A stretch of DNA of 64,000 bases. It comes from the human T2T-CHM13v2.0 reference genome, Homo sapiens. Under the pieces are notes generated by a model that did no database searches, was not told the origin of the DNA, and saw nothing but the letters and a program-made list of their open reading frames with translations. Positions 34,389-47,891 of this stretch are shown piece by piece. Position numbers and translations under genes: made by a program. Location: assembly GCF_009914755.1 (NCBI RefSeq), contig NC_060937.1; one strand, given 5' to 3'. Every line of letters starts with the position of its first letter. Position 1 is the first letter of the stretch.

Positions 34389-37300
34389 TGCATATGGCTA
34401 GCCAGTTTTCCCAACACCATTTATTAAATAGGGAATCTTCTCCCCATTGCTTGTTTGTGTCAAGTTTGTCAAAGATCAGATGGTTGTAGATGTGTGGTGT
34501 TATTTCTGAGGCCCCTGTTCTGCTCCATTGGTCTATATATCTGTTTTGGTACCAGTATCATGCTGTTTTGTTTGCTGTAGCTTTGTAGTATAGTTTGAAG
34601 TCTGGTAGCGTGATGCCTCCAGCTTTGTACTTCTTGCCCAGGATTGTCTTGTCTATGCGGGCTCTTTTTTGGTTCCATATGAAGTTTAAAGTAGTTTTTT
34701 CCAAGTCTGTGAAGAAAGTCAGTGGTAGCTTGATGGGGATAGCATTGAGTGTATAAATTACTTCGGGCAATATGGCCATTTTCACGATATTGATTCTTCC
34801 TATCCATGAGCATAGAATGTTTTTCCATTTGTTTGTGTCCTTTCTTATTTCCTTGAGCAGTGGTTTGTAGTTCTCCTTGAAGAGCTCGTTCACATCCCTT
34901 GTAAGTTGTATTCCTAGGTATTTTATTCTCTTAGTAACAATTGTGAATGGGAGTTCACTCATGATTTGGCTCTCTGTTTGTCTATTATTGGTGTATAGGA
35001 ATGCTTATGATTTTTGCACATTGATTTTGTACCCTGAGAGTTTGCTGAAGTTGCTTATCAGCTTAAGGAGATTTTGGGCTGAGACGATGGGGTTTTCTAA
35101 ATATACAATCACGTCATCTGCAAACAGAGACAATTTTACTTCCTCTCTTCCTATTGGAATATGCTTTATTTCTTTCTCTTGCCTGATTGCCGTGGCCAGA
35201 ACTTCCAATAATACTATGTTGAATAGGAGTGGTGAGAGAGGGCATCCTTGTCTTGTGCCAGTTTTCAAAGTGAATGCTTCCAGTTTTTGCCCATTCAGTA
35301 TGATATTGGCTGTGGGTCTGTCATAAATAGCTGTTATTATTTTCAGATATGTTTCACTGATACCTAGTTTACTGAGAGTTTTTAGCATGAAGGGGTGTTG
35401 AATTTTGTCAAAGGCCTTTTCTGCATCTATTGAGATAATCATGTGGTTTTTGTCACTGGTTCTGTTTATGTGATGGATTATGTTTATTGATTTGCATATG
35501 TTGTACCAGCCTTCCATCCCAGGGATGAAGCCGACTTGATCGTAGTGGATAAGCTTTTTGATGTGCTGCTGGATTCGGTTTGCCAGTATTTCATTGAGAA
35601 TTTTCACATCTATGTTCATCAGGGATATCGGCCTGAAATTTCCTTTTTTTGTTGTGTCTCTGCCAGGTTTTGGTATCAGAATGATGCTGGCCTCATAAAA
35701 CGAAGTAGGGAGGATTCCCTCTTTTTCTATTGTTTAGAATAGTTTCAGAAGGATTGGTACCAGTTTCTCTTTGTACCTCTGGTAGAATTTACCTGTGAAT
35801 CCATCTGGTCCTGGACTTTTTTTGGTTGGTAGGCTATTAGTTACTGCCTCAACTTCAGAACTGGTTACTGGTTTATTCAGGGATTCGACTTCTTCCTGGT
35901 TTAGACTGTGGAGGCTGTATGTTGCCAGGAATTTATCCATTTCTTCTAGATTTTCTAGTTCATTTGCATAGAGACGTTTATAGTATTCTTTGATGGTAGT
36001 TTGTATTTCTGCGGGATCAGTGACAATATCCCCTATATCATTTTTTATTGCATCTATTTGACTCTTCTCTCTTTTCTTCTTTATGAGTCTGTCTAGCAGT
36101 CTATCTACTTTGTTGATCTTTTCATAAAACCAGCTCCTGGATTCATTGATTTTTTGAAGCGTTTTTCGTGTCTCTATCTCCTTCAGTTCTGCTATGGTCT
36201 TAGTTATTTCTTGTCTTCTGGTAGATTTTGAATTTGTTTGCTGCTGCTTCTCTAGTCTTTTAATTTTGATATTAGGGTGTCAATTTTAGATCTTTCCTGC
36301 TTTCTCTTGTGGGCATTTAGTGCTATAAATTTCCCTCTACACACTGCTTTAAATGTGTCCCAGAGATTCTGGTATGTTGTGTCTTTGTTCTCATTGGTTT
36401 CAAAGAACATCTTTATTTCTGCCTTCATTTCGTTATTTACCCAATAGTCATTCCAGAGCAGGTTGTTCAGTTTCCATGTAGTTGTGCGGTTTTGAGTGAG
36501 TTTCCTAATCCTGAGTTCTAATCTGATTGCAGTGTGATCTGAGAGACTGTTTGTTATGATTTCCATTGTTTTGCATTTGCTGAGGAGTGTTTTACTTCCA
36601 GTTATTTGGCCCATTTTAGAATAACTGCAATGAGGTGCTGAAAAGAATGTATATTCTGTGGACTTGGGGTGGAGAGTTCTATAGATGTCTATTAGGTCCG
36701 CTTCGTCCAGAACTGAGTTCAAGTCCTGAATATCCTTGTTAACTTTCTGTCTCGTTGATCTGTCTAATATTGACAGTGGGGTGTTAAAGTCTCCCACTAT
36801 TATTGTGTGGGAGTCTAAGTCTCTTTGTAGGTCTCTTAAGAACTTGCCTTATGAATCTGTGTGCTCCTATATTGGGTGCATATATATTTAGGATAGTTAG
36901 CTCTTCTTGCTGCATTGATCTCTTTACCCCTTCCTTACACCTTATACAAAAATCAATTCAAGATGGATCAGAGACTTAAACGTAAGGCCTAGGACTGTAA
37001 AAATTCTAGAAAAAAACTGGGGCAATACTATTCAGGACATAGGCATGGGCAGAGACTTCATGTCTAAAACACCAAAAGCAATGGCAACGAAAGCAAAAAT
37101 TAACAAATGGGATCTAATTAAAGAGCTTCTGCGCAGCAAAAGAAACTATCATCAGAGTGAACAGGCAACCTACAGAATGGGAGACAATTTTTGCAATCTA
37201 TCCATTGGACACAGGGCTAATATCCAGAATCTACAAAGAACTTTACGAGAAAATTTACAAGAAATTGACAAGAAAAAACCAAAACCCCATCAAAAAGTGG

Positions 37301-38124
37301 GCAAAGGATATAAACAGACACTTCTCAAAGGAAGACTTTTATGCAGCCAACAGACATATGGAAAAATGCTCATCATCACTGGTCATTAGAGAAATGCAAA
37401 TCAAAACCACAATGAGATACCATCTCATGCCAGTTAGAATGGTGATCATTAAAAAGTCAGGAAACAACAGATGCTGGAGAGGATGTGGAGAAATAAGGAC
37501 GCTTTTACACTGTTGGTGGGAGTGTAAATTAGTTCAACCATTGTGGAAGGTAGTGTGGCGTTTCCTCAAGGATCTGTAACTAGAAATACCATTTGACCCA
37601 GCAATCTCATTACTGGGTATATACCCAAAGGATTATAAATCATTCCACTATAAAGACACATGCACAGGTGTGTTTATTGTGGCACTATTCACAATACCAA
37701 AGACTTGGAACCAACCCAAATGTCCATCAGTAATAGACTGGATAAAGAAAATGTGGCAAATGTATACCATGAAATACTACGCAACCATTAAAAAGGATGA
37801 ATTTATGTCCTTTGCAGGGACATGTGTGAAGCTGGAAACCATCATCCTCAGCAAACTATCACAAGATCAGAAAACCAAACACCACATGTTCTCACTCACA
37901 GGTGAGAGTTGAACAAAGAAAACACGTGGACATAGGGAGGGGAACATCACACACTGGGGTCTGTTGGGGGGTGAGGGGCTAGGGTAGGGATAACAGTAGG
38001 AGAAATACCTAATGTAAATGACAGGTTGAGGGGTGCAGCAAACCACCGTGGCATGTGTACACCTATGTAACAAAACTTCACATTCTGCGCATATACCCCA
38101 GAACTTAAAGTATAATTAAAAAAA
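34389..38124. mobile_element. L1PA6-8-like LINE-1 with 5' inversion (twin priming): 34389-36928 on -, 36927-38124 on +
   Basis: Minus-strand ORF2 EN/RT ORFs (36252..36797, 35005..35619, 34558..34962) abut plus-strand ORF2 C-terminus, 3'UTR and A-tail at tctttac-ccc-cttccttacacc. Confidence 0.95.
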
Positions 38125-41100
38125 TGCAACTTCCTGACTTTGACATTATGCATAGTTATTCCATCTAAAGTCTGAAAAGTGGAGTTGGGGGAGGGGCCAT
38201 TAAGAATAATTCTCAATTATTTCTTGGCAGATAAACCAACTTTTCCAAAGAGTCTGAAAACTGCTTGATCGCTTTTTTAAGCAACAAGCAATACAATCTC
38301 TGTGATGCCATCATTACTGTTCATTTCTTCTAGGAGAGGAATGACACACTTCTGCCTTTAATTGTCAGATTATCCCCATTTCTGAATTAGTGAAATACAA
38401 TTTAATGTGATTTTACTATCATAAATTTAGAGTCATTCTCTCCCAGGTACTGCTGGGCTATGATAAAATGAGATCTGAATTACATCAAAATAATTTAATT
38501 ATTCCAAGAGAAGAGGTGATGGTCAGAATTTTTTAAGTGGCTGCATAGTTTAGATAGCCTCGATGCAGATAAGCTGAATAAAGCATTTAACTCAGCACAT
38601 TAATATTTTAATGTGATCATCCTGAACAGTTCGGGCATTACAGGTTCCTACAATACACATATGCTGTCTATCTGGGACAGTTACATTCCCAACTGGGAGG
38701 ATGTGGGAGACTAATGAATATACAAATGCTAGCAACAACTGTCTCCCGTCCTCTGTGAGGGTAAGCTACCTTCCCATGTAATTTACCACTGATGACATCA
38801 TCATGGTACTCACTATGCCCTCAAGTGAGTGAAGACTGTTCTGAATGCCAGTACTAACCACGGAGCCTGACACCTAGTAGGTTCTCAAAGATCTATCAAG
38901 TCCATAAAGCCATGAATAAATGACAGAGATTATATTTCTCCCCTTGCCTAGAATAAGATCAGAAGTCTGATCTTATTCTCCTTACAAGACACATAAAAAC
39001 ATTCTTTAGGCGGTGTGGTGGCCAGCCAAGCCTCTTATTCCACAGCACTCACACTATGTCATACGTAACACTTTACCAAGGGTGGTGGTTTGGATTTTCA
39101 GTCCTTGACATAGAGTTGGTAAATCATGAGATATAGAGGAAACCTATCAGGGCAGGGACAGTGTCTCAAGGAAGGGACAGCTCTGAAGAAGAGGGCAGAG
39201 AGGTGAGAAGACAGACGCAGACTCACATCACAGGACCAGGCCCACCCAAGCAGAGATGACACCCTCACACCCCTCTGGAGGCCATCCATAAAGGTTCAAT
39301 TTAACAGGGCAGGGAAGCATATCATTTTCAAGAAACTCCAATCCAAAAAGGTTTGGGGTTGTTTTTAATTTTGGCATTTGATGGGATAAACTTCAATGAT
39401 CTGAAATGCCACATTCCCCAACTATGCCAAACAAGGCACACTGCAACAGTACTCAAAGTAGTGACTGCATTGTTTCAGAGTTGTTGAATGACTAAGTCTT
39501 AAAGTGGTACCAAGTTTCCCTTTAAGACTGTTTAACTTTCGGTATCCATGTTGCCTCGTTTCAATAATTATCTAATTACCTAACTAACTTCTTCAAATCC
39601 TCCTTCATACTAGCTCTCTAGGTCTCTAGATCTCTTACAGCCACTGCAGATAGGGAAATACGAACTTCCCAGCACTTGAGAGTAGATGAGCTGGCTGAAA
39701 ACCTTTGTGGTGAGGGAAACTTTGTTTAAAAGGAAAAGGAGAGACACACAGAACAACACATTTAGGCTCCATCCACATCACCTCGGGCTGCAGCTGGCTC
39801 TGTGCTTACAGTCGATCACTTCCATGGGTGGTTTCTGCCACAAAACACAACAACACTCTGCTCCTATCAATGGCTGACAGAAAAATCCCAAAGTCCAGCA
39901 AGTTCCACGTCCAGAGAGCCAGGCTGGAAATGCTCCAAACCAACCCTTACATCCGGGCACACCACAGACCCATTAGGGAGCACTAACGCAGAGACGGCAA
40001 CAACATCAGACAAGGGACCCAGGGACCACAGTGCTGCCCTGTCTTCACACCATCTAGCTGTATAACCTTGAACAAATCTACTGCCCATTCTCTGGGCCTC
40101 TTTTCTACAAGATCTCATAAGTGGGAGTCCTACTTTCCATTTGCATTCCTCGGGCCTCACAGTAGAACGGAGGTTTCTGTGTCCTCTGCCCAGCCGCCTC
40201 TCAAGTCTTGTTCCTCCTCCCATCCCTTCCCCCCAGCAAAGGGGTTTGTTGTTCTCTGGAGTTAGACTACCTGTGGCAGCTCTACCTTGGTGAGGGGTGT
40301 GCCTGTGTTGCCAGCACAGGGAGAAATACCTGTCCAATGGTGATGGGAACAGTTAAGTGACAGTATGTATAAAGGCCCAATACATGTTCAAAACATGCCC
40401 ACCAGCAAATGCCTTACATACCAGGCTCCCAACCATACGGTTGCAATTTCTATCTTTCAAACTAATTGTAAATTATAAAGATGGCACCCAAATACCTGTA
40501 TGCCCATAAGTAGGAAAAGGTAAACTTTTTAATTCTATCACTATAAATTCTAGATCTTTGATAGACTGACTGAAGGATATAAAATGTCAAAGGTGAGACT
40601 CTCTCATGTGGCTAAACACCCTCCTACTGCAGACAGAACTGAGCCCAACAGCATTCACCTGCTGGTGAGAGGCGCCCAGGGGCAGGCAGATGGTTGCACC
40701 ATTCTCAGGGTCAGCCTCCTCCCCAGTGTGGTGTGGGGCAGAAGATGGGGCACAGGGCCTGGGAGGCTGTAGCCTGAAGGCACGCAGTGCCTACTGGGCA
40801 CTGCAGAGACTACTGGGCAGACTCCTGCCAGCCTTCGGTTCTCCTGCTTCTGGGGCCAGGACACTCCTTGTGAGCTCTGTCCTGGGAGAAGTGCCCTTCC
40901 CAGTGCTCCTTATCAGTGTTTGTGAGGCATTCTCTCTAGTGCTCCTCATTAGCATACCTTGGCCAAACTTTGGCTCATAGAAAAACACTTTGCTCTTCTC
41001 TGAGCAACAATTTCTTTTCCCAATTGAGCTAATGACTGGATGAGAGGTGGCCACACTCATGACCATACTCATCTTTGGTGGTGGTGGGTAGGGGGTGTCC

Positions 41101-41733
41101 TGGATAAGGAGAGCATTGGGCAACGCCCCCTCTGGCCTCCCCAGTCCAGGGAGCTGCAACCACTATGGGAATTCTGTGGGAGGCCATAGTAGTCCACGGT
41201 TTCCCTTTGGGCAATCGGCATTCCAACCGTGCCTCCTGGTCCCAAGACAACAAGAACTCTGGAGAACTAAATTACCACCATGCACTTCCCATTCCGCCAT
41301 GTGCCTCAGCCGAGGGTCCTGCTCTTCCTGCATATTCAAGCTGATCTTTCTAAGGAGTAGCTTGCATGGTGCCAGCACTGCCCCCCGTATCACAGGCAGC
41401 ACCCTCCTGTGCCAAGGAAGCTTCAGCCTGCCCTTGGGCTCAGGCCACTAGGCTCTGGTTAGTTGACATTCCCAGCAAATCCTACAACTTCTCCTTTCCT
41501 TTCATGGCTCTAAGACACAGTCCATTATCAGTCTCATTTTTAAAGACATTTCTAAGAATGTCCTCCTTTCTTTCCCAACACTAGTAAGGACAGTAAGTGG
41601 CGTTTCCTGGGAGGGACTGTATGGTGTTATTTTTGCACTACAAGGGTTCTGAAGACTGCCAGGCTTGAAGTGAAGAACCACATCACCTGCCTATCCCAGT
41701 CAGGTGACAATGGACAAGGGGCTTCATCTCTGA

Positions 41734-42248
<515 letters not shown>

Positions 42249-42295
42249 TAGAAGGTGCTTGAGGAATAAAGAGGACTGGGTTTTCTCTGGGATTA

Positions 42296-42640
42296 TAGTT
42301 AGGCATCACTTAGTGACTGGGACGTGTTCTGAAAAATGCGTCGTTACACAATTTCGTCATTGTGTTATCATAGAGCATACACACACGACCCTAGGTGGCA
42401 TAGCCTACTCCACACCTAGGCTGTACGGTATGGCCCACTGCTCCTAGGCTACACACCTGTGCAGCATGTTACAGTACTGAATACTGTAGGCAACTGTAAC
42501 ACAGTGGTAAGTATTTGTGTATCTAAACATATCTAAACACAGAAAAGGTATAGTGAAAATATGGTGATATAATCTCATGGGACCATGACCACATACACCG
42601 TCCATCACCGACAGAAACATGTTTATGCAGCGCATGACTG
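42296..42640. mobile_element. Tigger3a/MER7A-like Tc1/mariner MITE
   Basis: gttctgaaaaatgcgtcgtta...acctaggtggcatagcctactccacacctagg...tatctaaacatatctaaac...cgcatgactg-TA. Confidence 0.8.
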
Positions 42641-42643
42641 TAC

Positions 42644-42766
42644 CTGCAGCCCCCGCCGTGAGGTCAATGGCAGCCTGGGCAGCAGGACTGGACTTCACGT
42701 TTGCCCACTCTTCTGCTGGTCTCGTGGAAGGCAGCTCGCTGGACCTTATGACAGGCACCACATATC
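42644..42766 (-). pseudogene. SLC25A15P: SLC25A15 (mitochondrial ornithine carrier ORNT1) paralog, first coding exon, start codon mutated to GTG
   Basis: Minus strand cctccccccag|GATATGTGGTGCC...CAAAC GTG AAG TCC AGT CCT GCT GCC CAG GCT GCC ATT GAC CTC ACG GCG GGG GCT GCA G|gtacag = VKSSPAAQAAIDLTAGAAG vs ORNT1 MKSNPAIQAAIDLTAGAAG; 55 coding nt, GTG at 42696-42698. Confidence 0.9.
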
Positions 42767-43439
42767 CTGGGGGGAGGCAAGAGTTCACCATTAGTCCAAG
42801 TCTCTGCAGCCTCCCGTTCTCTAGGCCTGCAGCCAAATTACTGAACCTAAACTTCTGGGATCCATGAACTGGGCTCTACATTGCTGCAAAGGAAACGGGC
42901 TCAAAGTATCAGTGCAGCTTAGCAAGTGACTGCCCCCTAAAAAGGTCACAGATCAAAAAGCTTCCCTGCGTATCAATGCTATTGTCACCAATAGCACTTC
43001 AACCAACCTTTCTGAAAACTGTAAAATGAACACCAAACAAGCCAACCACAGATGTACCAAACCACAGCAGACTGTTTTTACAGGCCTAAGTTGAGCTATC
43101 AATTGAATAGGCTCAGTTCTAAAATCAGACAGCAGCCTGTGCTGGGTGCCTAAGGGGATGTCACAAGACAGTAGGTCTGGAAAGGAGCACTCAGGCAGCC
43201 AAGGGTGAGAGCTGCACCCTGGAATCACACACGCCTTGGTGTGAATGCCTCCTCTACCTGTGGCCCCTTTGGCCTCTACAGCTGGGAGTCCTCATCTGTA
43301 CAAGGCAAATAATAACACTATTACAAAACAAAGGCAGTCGCAAATAGCCACATGAGACTGATGGGATGCTCCACTGTGCACAAGCATCATGTGTTCTCAG
43401 AACAAGGCCCTGCACAGAGCACCAAGCATCTTCCTGTGA

Positions 43440-43615
43440 CCACAGTCCACTAGCCCTTCAACTGTCAATGTGCACAGGAGTCGCCTGGGGGCCTTGCTAA
43501 ATAAAATGCAGCTTCTGATTCAATAGCCTCGGATGGGACCAGAGATTTGGCGTCTTGATGAGCTCCCGAGTGAGATGGACAATGCCAGTCCACGGACTCA
43601 CACTTTGAAATACAA
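43440..43615. mobile_element. MER5A-like hAT fragment
   Basis: tcgcctgggggccttgcta...aaaatgcagcttctgattca...ctcacactttga; similar fragment at ~25265-25455. Confidence 0.5.
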
Positions 43616-43676
43616 CACCTCGGTCATTGTGTCCAAATTTGCTTGATAACCTGAAGCACCCCCCACCCCCCCCCCT

Positions 43677-43967
43677 TTTTTTTTGTGATGGAGTCTGGCT
43701 CTGTCGCCCAGGCTGGAGTGCAACGGCCACGATCTCAGCTCACTGCAACTGCCACCTCCGGAGTTCAAGTGATTCTCCTGCCTCAGCCTCCCAAGTAGCT
43801 GAGATTACAGGTGCATGCCACTGCACCAGGCTAATTTTTATATTTATAGTAGAGACGGAGTTTCACCATGTTGGCCAGGCTGGTCTTGAACTCCTGACCT
43901 TCAGTGATCCACCCACCTCAGCCTCCCAAAGTGCTGAGATTACAAGTGTGAACCACCTTGCCCAGCC
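43677..43967 (-). mobile_element. AluS
   Basis: Antisense dimer. Confidence 0.9.
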
Positions 43968-45339
43968 TGGAGCACGTATTAAATATTCTAATTATCAGGC
44001 CTTTCTTCTGGAAATCTTGATTCAGTATGTTTCGGTTGGAGCCTTGGGCATTTGGGAAAACTAGAATGTATTCCTCTCCCTTTAGACAAAAGTCAACTAT
44101 TGCTGAGGCATGGGTTTCATAAATGTTGACTAAAATATCCAGTTCAACAACCAATCCTGTATAATTTTCAAGTAACTTCTTTGTGAATAATAAGGAACAA
44201 TTTATTTGTCATCGCACTGAGGAGCCGCGTGACCCCAGTCGTGCTGGATCAGAGATGAACACCAAGTGACTTCCTAACACCAGTGTCATCCTGAACGTCA
44301 ACAGAAAACAGTGGCCACCGAGAAGATTTTTTAACTACTTGAAGCATTTTGCCAATGACCAGACTTCAAGAATCTTCCTTAATTTACAAAAAAAATTTAA
44401 AACCAATGGCAACAAAGGCACAGTACTTAACAAAGCAGCTAAGTTAGAAGTGCAAGACACTGATTTATATGCTGTTGATAGACCTGGAGAGACAGGACCA
44501 TTTACTAGGCTGAAAAGGTGATGGCCATCTGGTATCTTCCTAAAAAAGTATATCAGGGTCCTAATCCTTTTCCAGAAGGCAAACTAAGGCCAGAGCAAGA
44601 CAAGGTCTCCTAGGCCACACAACTAGTCAGTGACAGAGGAGCCAGTTCAGTCCTGTCCTTCAGGTCTGTGCCTACAAACCAATACTTGATCCGAGTATTC
44701 CAACCTGGGCAAAAACATCACAAAACACCCAACCCTGCATTTTAGGAAAAAAAAAAAAAAAAGGAAAAAGGAGGAAGGAAAAAAACAAAGGCAACTGAGA
44801 AGACAGGGCATGTCCAGTCTGGCCTCCCAGATAAACCTCAATGCGTTTGTTTCTTTTGGCGCAGCCACTTCCTTTGTAACTTGGAAGGAATGAAAGTCAC
44901 ATCACATTGCATTCTGTCTGCCCGTGTGAATTCAACCCCGTTAGGTGAGCCAAACTTAAACACATTAAATTCTACAAATAACCACTTCTGGAATTATTAA
45001 GATAGAAAACAATGGTGGGTACTAACAGATTCACTCAGGAGTGGGTAGTTAACGGGTTAATTCAGGTTATGTGTAGCTCTAGCTGGGAGAAGAAACAGGG
45101 CTTGGAGGAGGCAAGACTGTTCAGCATGAATTAGAACTGATTTATGAGCTTGCTGTAGCACTTGGAATAGAAAAACTCTTCAGCGCCTTTGATCCCTCTC
45201 ACACTACACCAGGGTTCGATTGAGAAAACAACAGCGCTGACCACCCGTCCTTCTCGATCCTTGGGGAAAAAACTTTTTTGGACGGTAGAGTCAGATGAGG
45301 CCGCATTTTCCACCAGGGAACACTAACTGCTGCGGGAAG

Positions 45340-46075
45340 ATCCCAGCTTCTGGCTAAAGCTGGGGCGGTAGGAGCTGCCGGCCAGCTCGCCATCTAGTCC
45401 CCAGAGCCCGGGCTTTAGGGCGCCCGGATGCAAACCAGTTTTGCCGCCAAGGAACCCGGACAGGCGCGCCTCCTCCCCGGCCTCGCAAGGAACAGGTTAA
45501 GGAGACATTTCCCACTTTCTCTGCCCGGCCCTGAACGCTCGCCGCCCCTGCCCAGCCGCCCACTGTCTGGCAGCCTGCAAGTCTCCATTCAGAAGCGGCT
45601 CCGTGCTGCCCAGCGATGGCGCCCTGGCGGCGCGGAAGCCCGCGGCCAAATGACACGACTTGGGGGCAAAGGAGGACAACAGTTCCCACCAGGTAGGCAC
45701 TGGGGGAAGGAGGCCGATGACCCTGAGATTCTCCAGCGACCCCGGCGGGCCATCCCTGGGCGGCGCGCGGGTCCCGCGGCACGTGCGTGGCAGCTCTCGC
45801 CGCTTCCCTGGACGCCCGGGAAGGTCACGCCGCCTGGGCGCCGAGGCCCGCCCCGCGCCCCTCTCCCTCCGCCCGGGGCGCTCCGCAGCTGCCGAGGAGC
45901 GGAAGTGGGCGCCAGGCCGCGGCGCGCCCAGCCCAGCCCAGCCCAGCCCAGTCGGCGACCCCGCGCAGCGCTGCCTGCAGACCCTGGAGAAGGCGGAGGC
46001 CTGCGTCTCCGGGTGCTTTCCTACCTCTGGGCTCCCCGAGACCCTTTCTGAGGCCGGACCCTAGTTAGTCCGCTG
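45340..46075. promoter_or_regulatory. CpG island; probable SLC25A15-paralog promoter and non-coding exon 1 region
   Basis: Very GC- and CpG-rich non-repeat block with GC boxes, an ETS-like GCGGAAGTG and a CACGTG E-box, about 3 kb upstream (on -) of the SLC25A15-like exon. Confidence 0.8.
45926..45950. repeat. (GCCCA)5 pentanucleotide repeat in the CpG island
   Basis: gcccagcccagcccagcccagccca. Confidence 0.95.
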
Positions 46076-46446
46076 GGCTGGGGATGAGGGCTAGGGGCTG
46101 GGAATATCAGTGATTGGGAGGACTTAAGTTTTTAGTTAATTTGACCTTGTTGGGCGGCCAAGTCCTTAATTATAACTTATATTTGAGTACAAAATTATAC
46201 TCGGGATTCAAGGCTGTAAGTTAAAATTAAGTATGAAAATACTGGAATTGTAAAGATGGAAAGTAGATTCTTTTATTACCAGTTTAAAAAAAAAAAAAAA
46301 GCATTTCCCAATCCCCTTCTCCAAAGGAAATCCATCTGATGCCATTTCTGTAAATGCACTGATGAAAACCGTAACACTGTCAGCTCTGATCTTGTAGTCC
46401 CTAAGGAATTATAGGTTCTATCTGTGGTTCTCTGACATTTTATTAA

Positions 46447-46953
<507 letters not shown>

Positions 46954-47116
46954 TGCCCAGAGTAATTTTCTTTAATGCCCTAAGACAAAGGGTCAGAAGA
47001 GTCTTGGTCTACTTGAGACAGCCACTCAACATAACACGCAGCCACTGCCCTCCTATTGTTTTGGTTCAGCCTTTGTGTATTGATTTTCATTTTCAACACA
47101 ATTTTCTTCCTTAAAC

Positions 47117-47256
47117 AGGGCGTGGTGACACATGCCTATAGTCTTAGCTATTTGGGAGGCCAAGGCAGGAGGATTGCTTGAGGCCAGGAATTGGAGGCCA
47201 CGGTGAGCTATGATGGCACCATTGCACTCCAGCCTGGGTGACAGAGAGAGATCTTG

Positions 47257-47303
<47 letters not shown>

Positions 47304-47855
47304 GTAATTTTCTTTTACAACTTTCAGCCTTGTTTGGATGTGCTGTTGGATTATTACCTATGCAATTTAAGTGATTTGATTGGTGATAGTGCTTAACATG
47401 AATGCACACATGAATAGACCTCCCAGGCTATAGTAGATGCTATGATGGGATCAGAGTGCCTGGTAAATGGGCACTCATCAGAATCAGCACTTTAGAACTT
47501 GGGCTTCTGGACCATAATTGAGTTCCAGAAGCAAGCCGTGGAGCTGGGATGACTTACCCAAAGTGACAGGGAACATAACTAATTGGAAGCAGATCCAGGA
47601 GCCGAAACTACAGTTACAGCAGCCTAGAGGGGTTGGCAGTATCAGCTGGTCCAGTGGCTTTTGCAGCTTAAGAAAATGAGACCCAAAAGAACCCTGATTA
47701 AGGACAGACTTGGCTGAGTATGGTGGCTCATGCCTATAATCCCAACACTGGGAGGCCGAGGCAGGAGGATCACTTGAGCCTGGAAGGGCGAGGCTGCAGT
47801 GTGCGGTGTTCACATCATTGCACTCCAGCCTGTGTGACTGACCAAGACCCTGTCT

Positions 47856-47887
<32 letters not shown>
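47117..47887 (+). mobile_element. Two monomeric/partial Alus (~47117-47262 with (CA)n tail to 47298; ~47712-47887 with long A-tail)
   Basis: Alu monomer consensus. Confidence 0.8.

Positions 47888-47891
<4 letters not shown>

Noticed and set aside
45354-46068. Overlapping 93-207 aa Pro/Arg/Gly-rich ORFs
   Set aside because: Expected by-product of a stop-poor CpG island; no recognisable homology.
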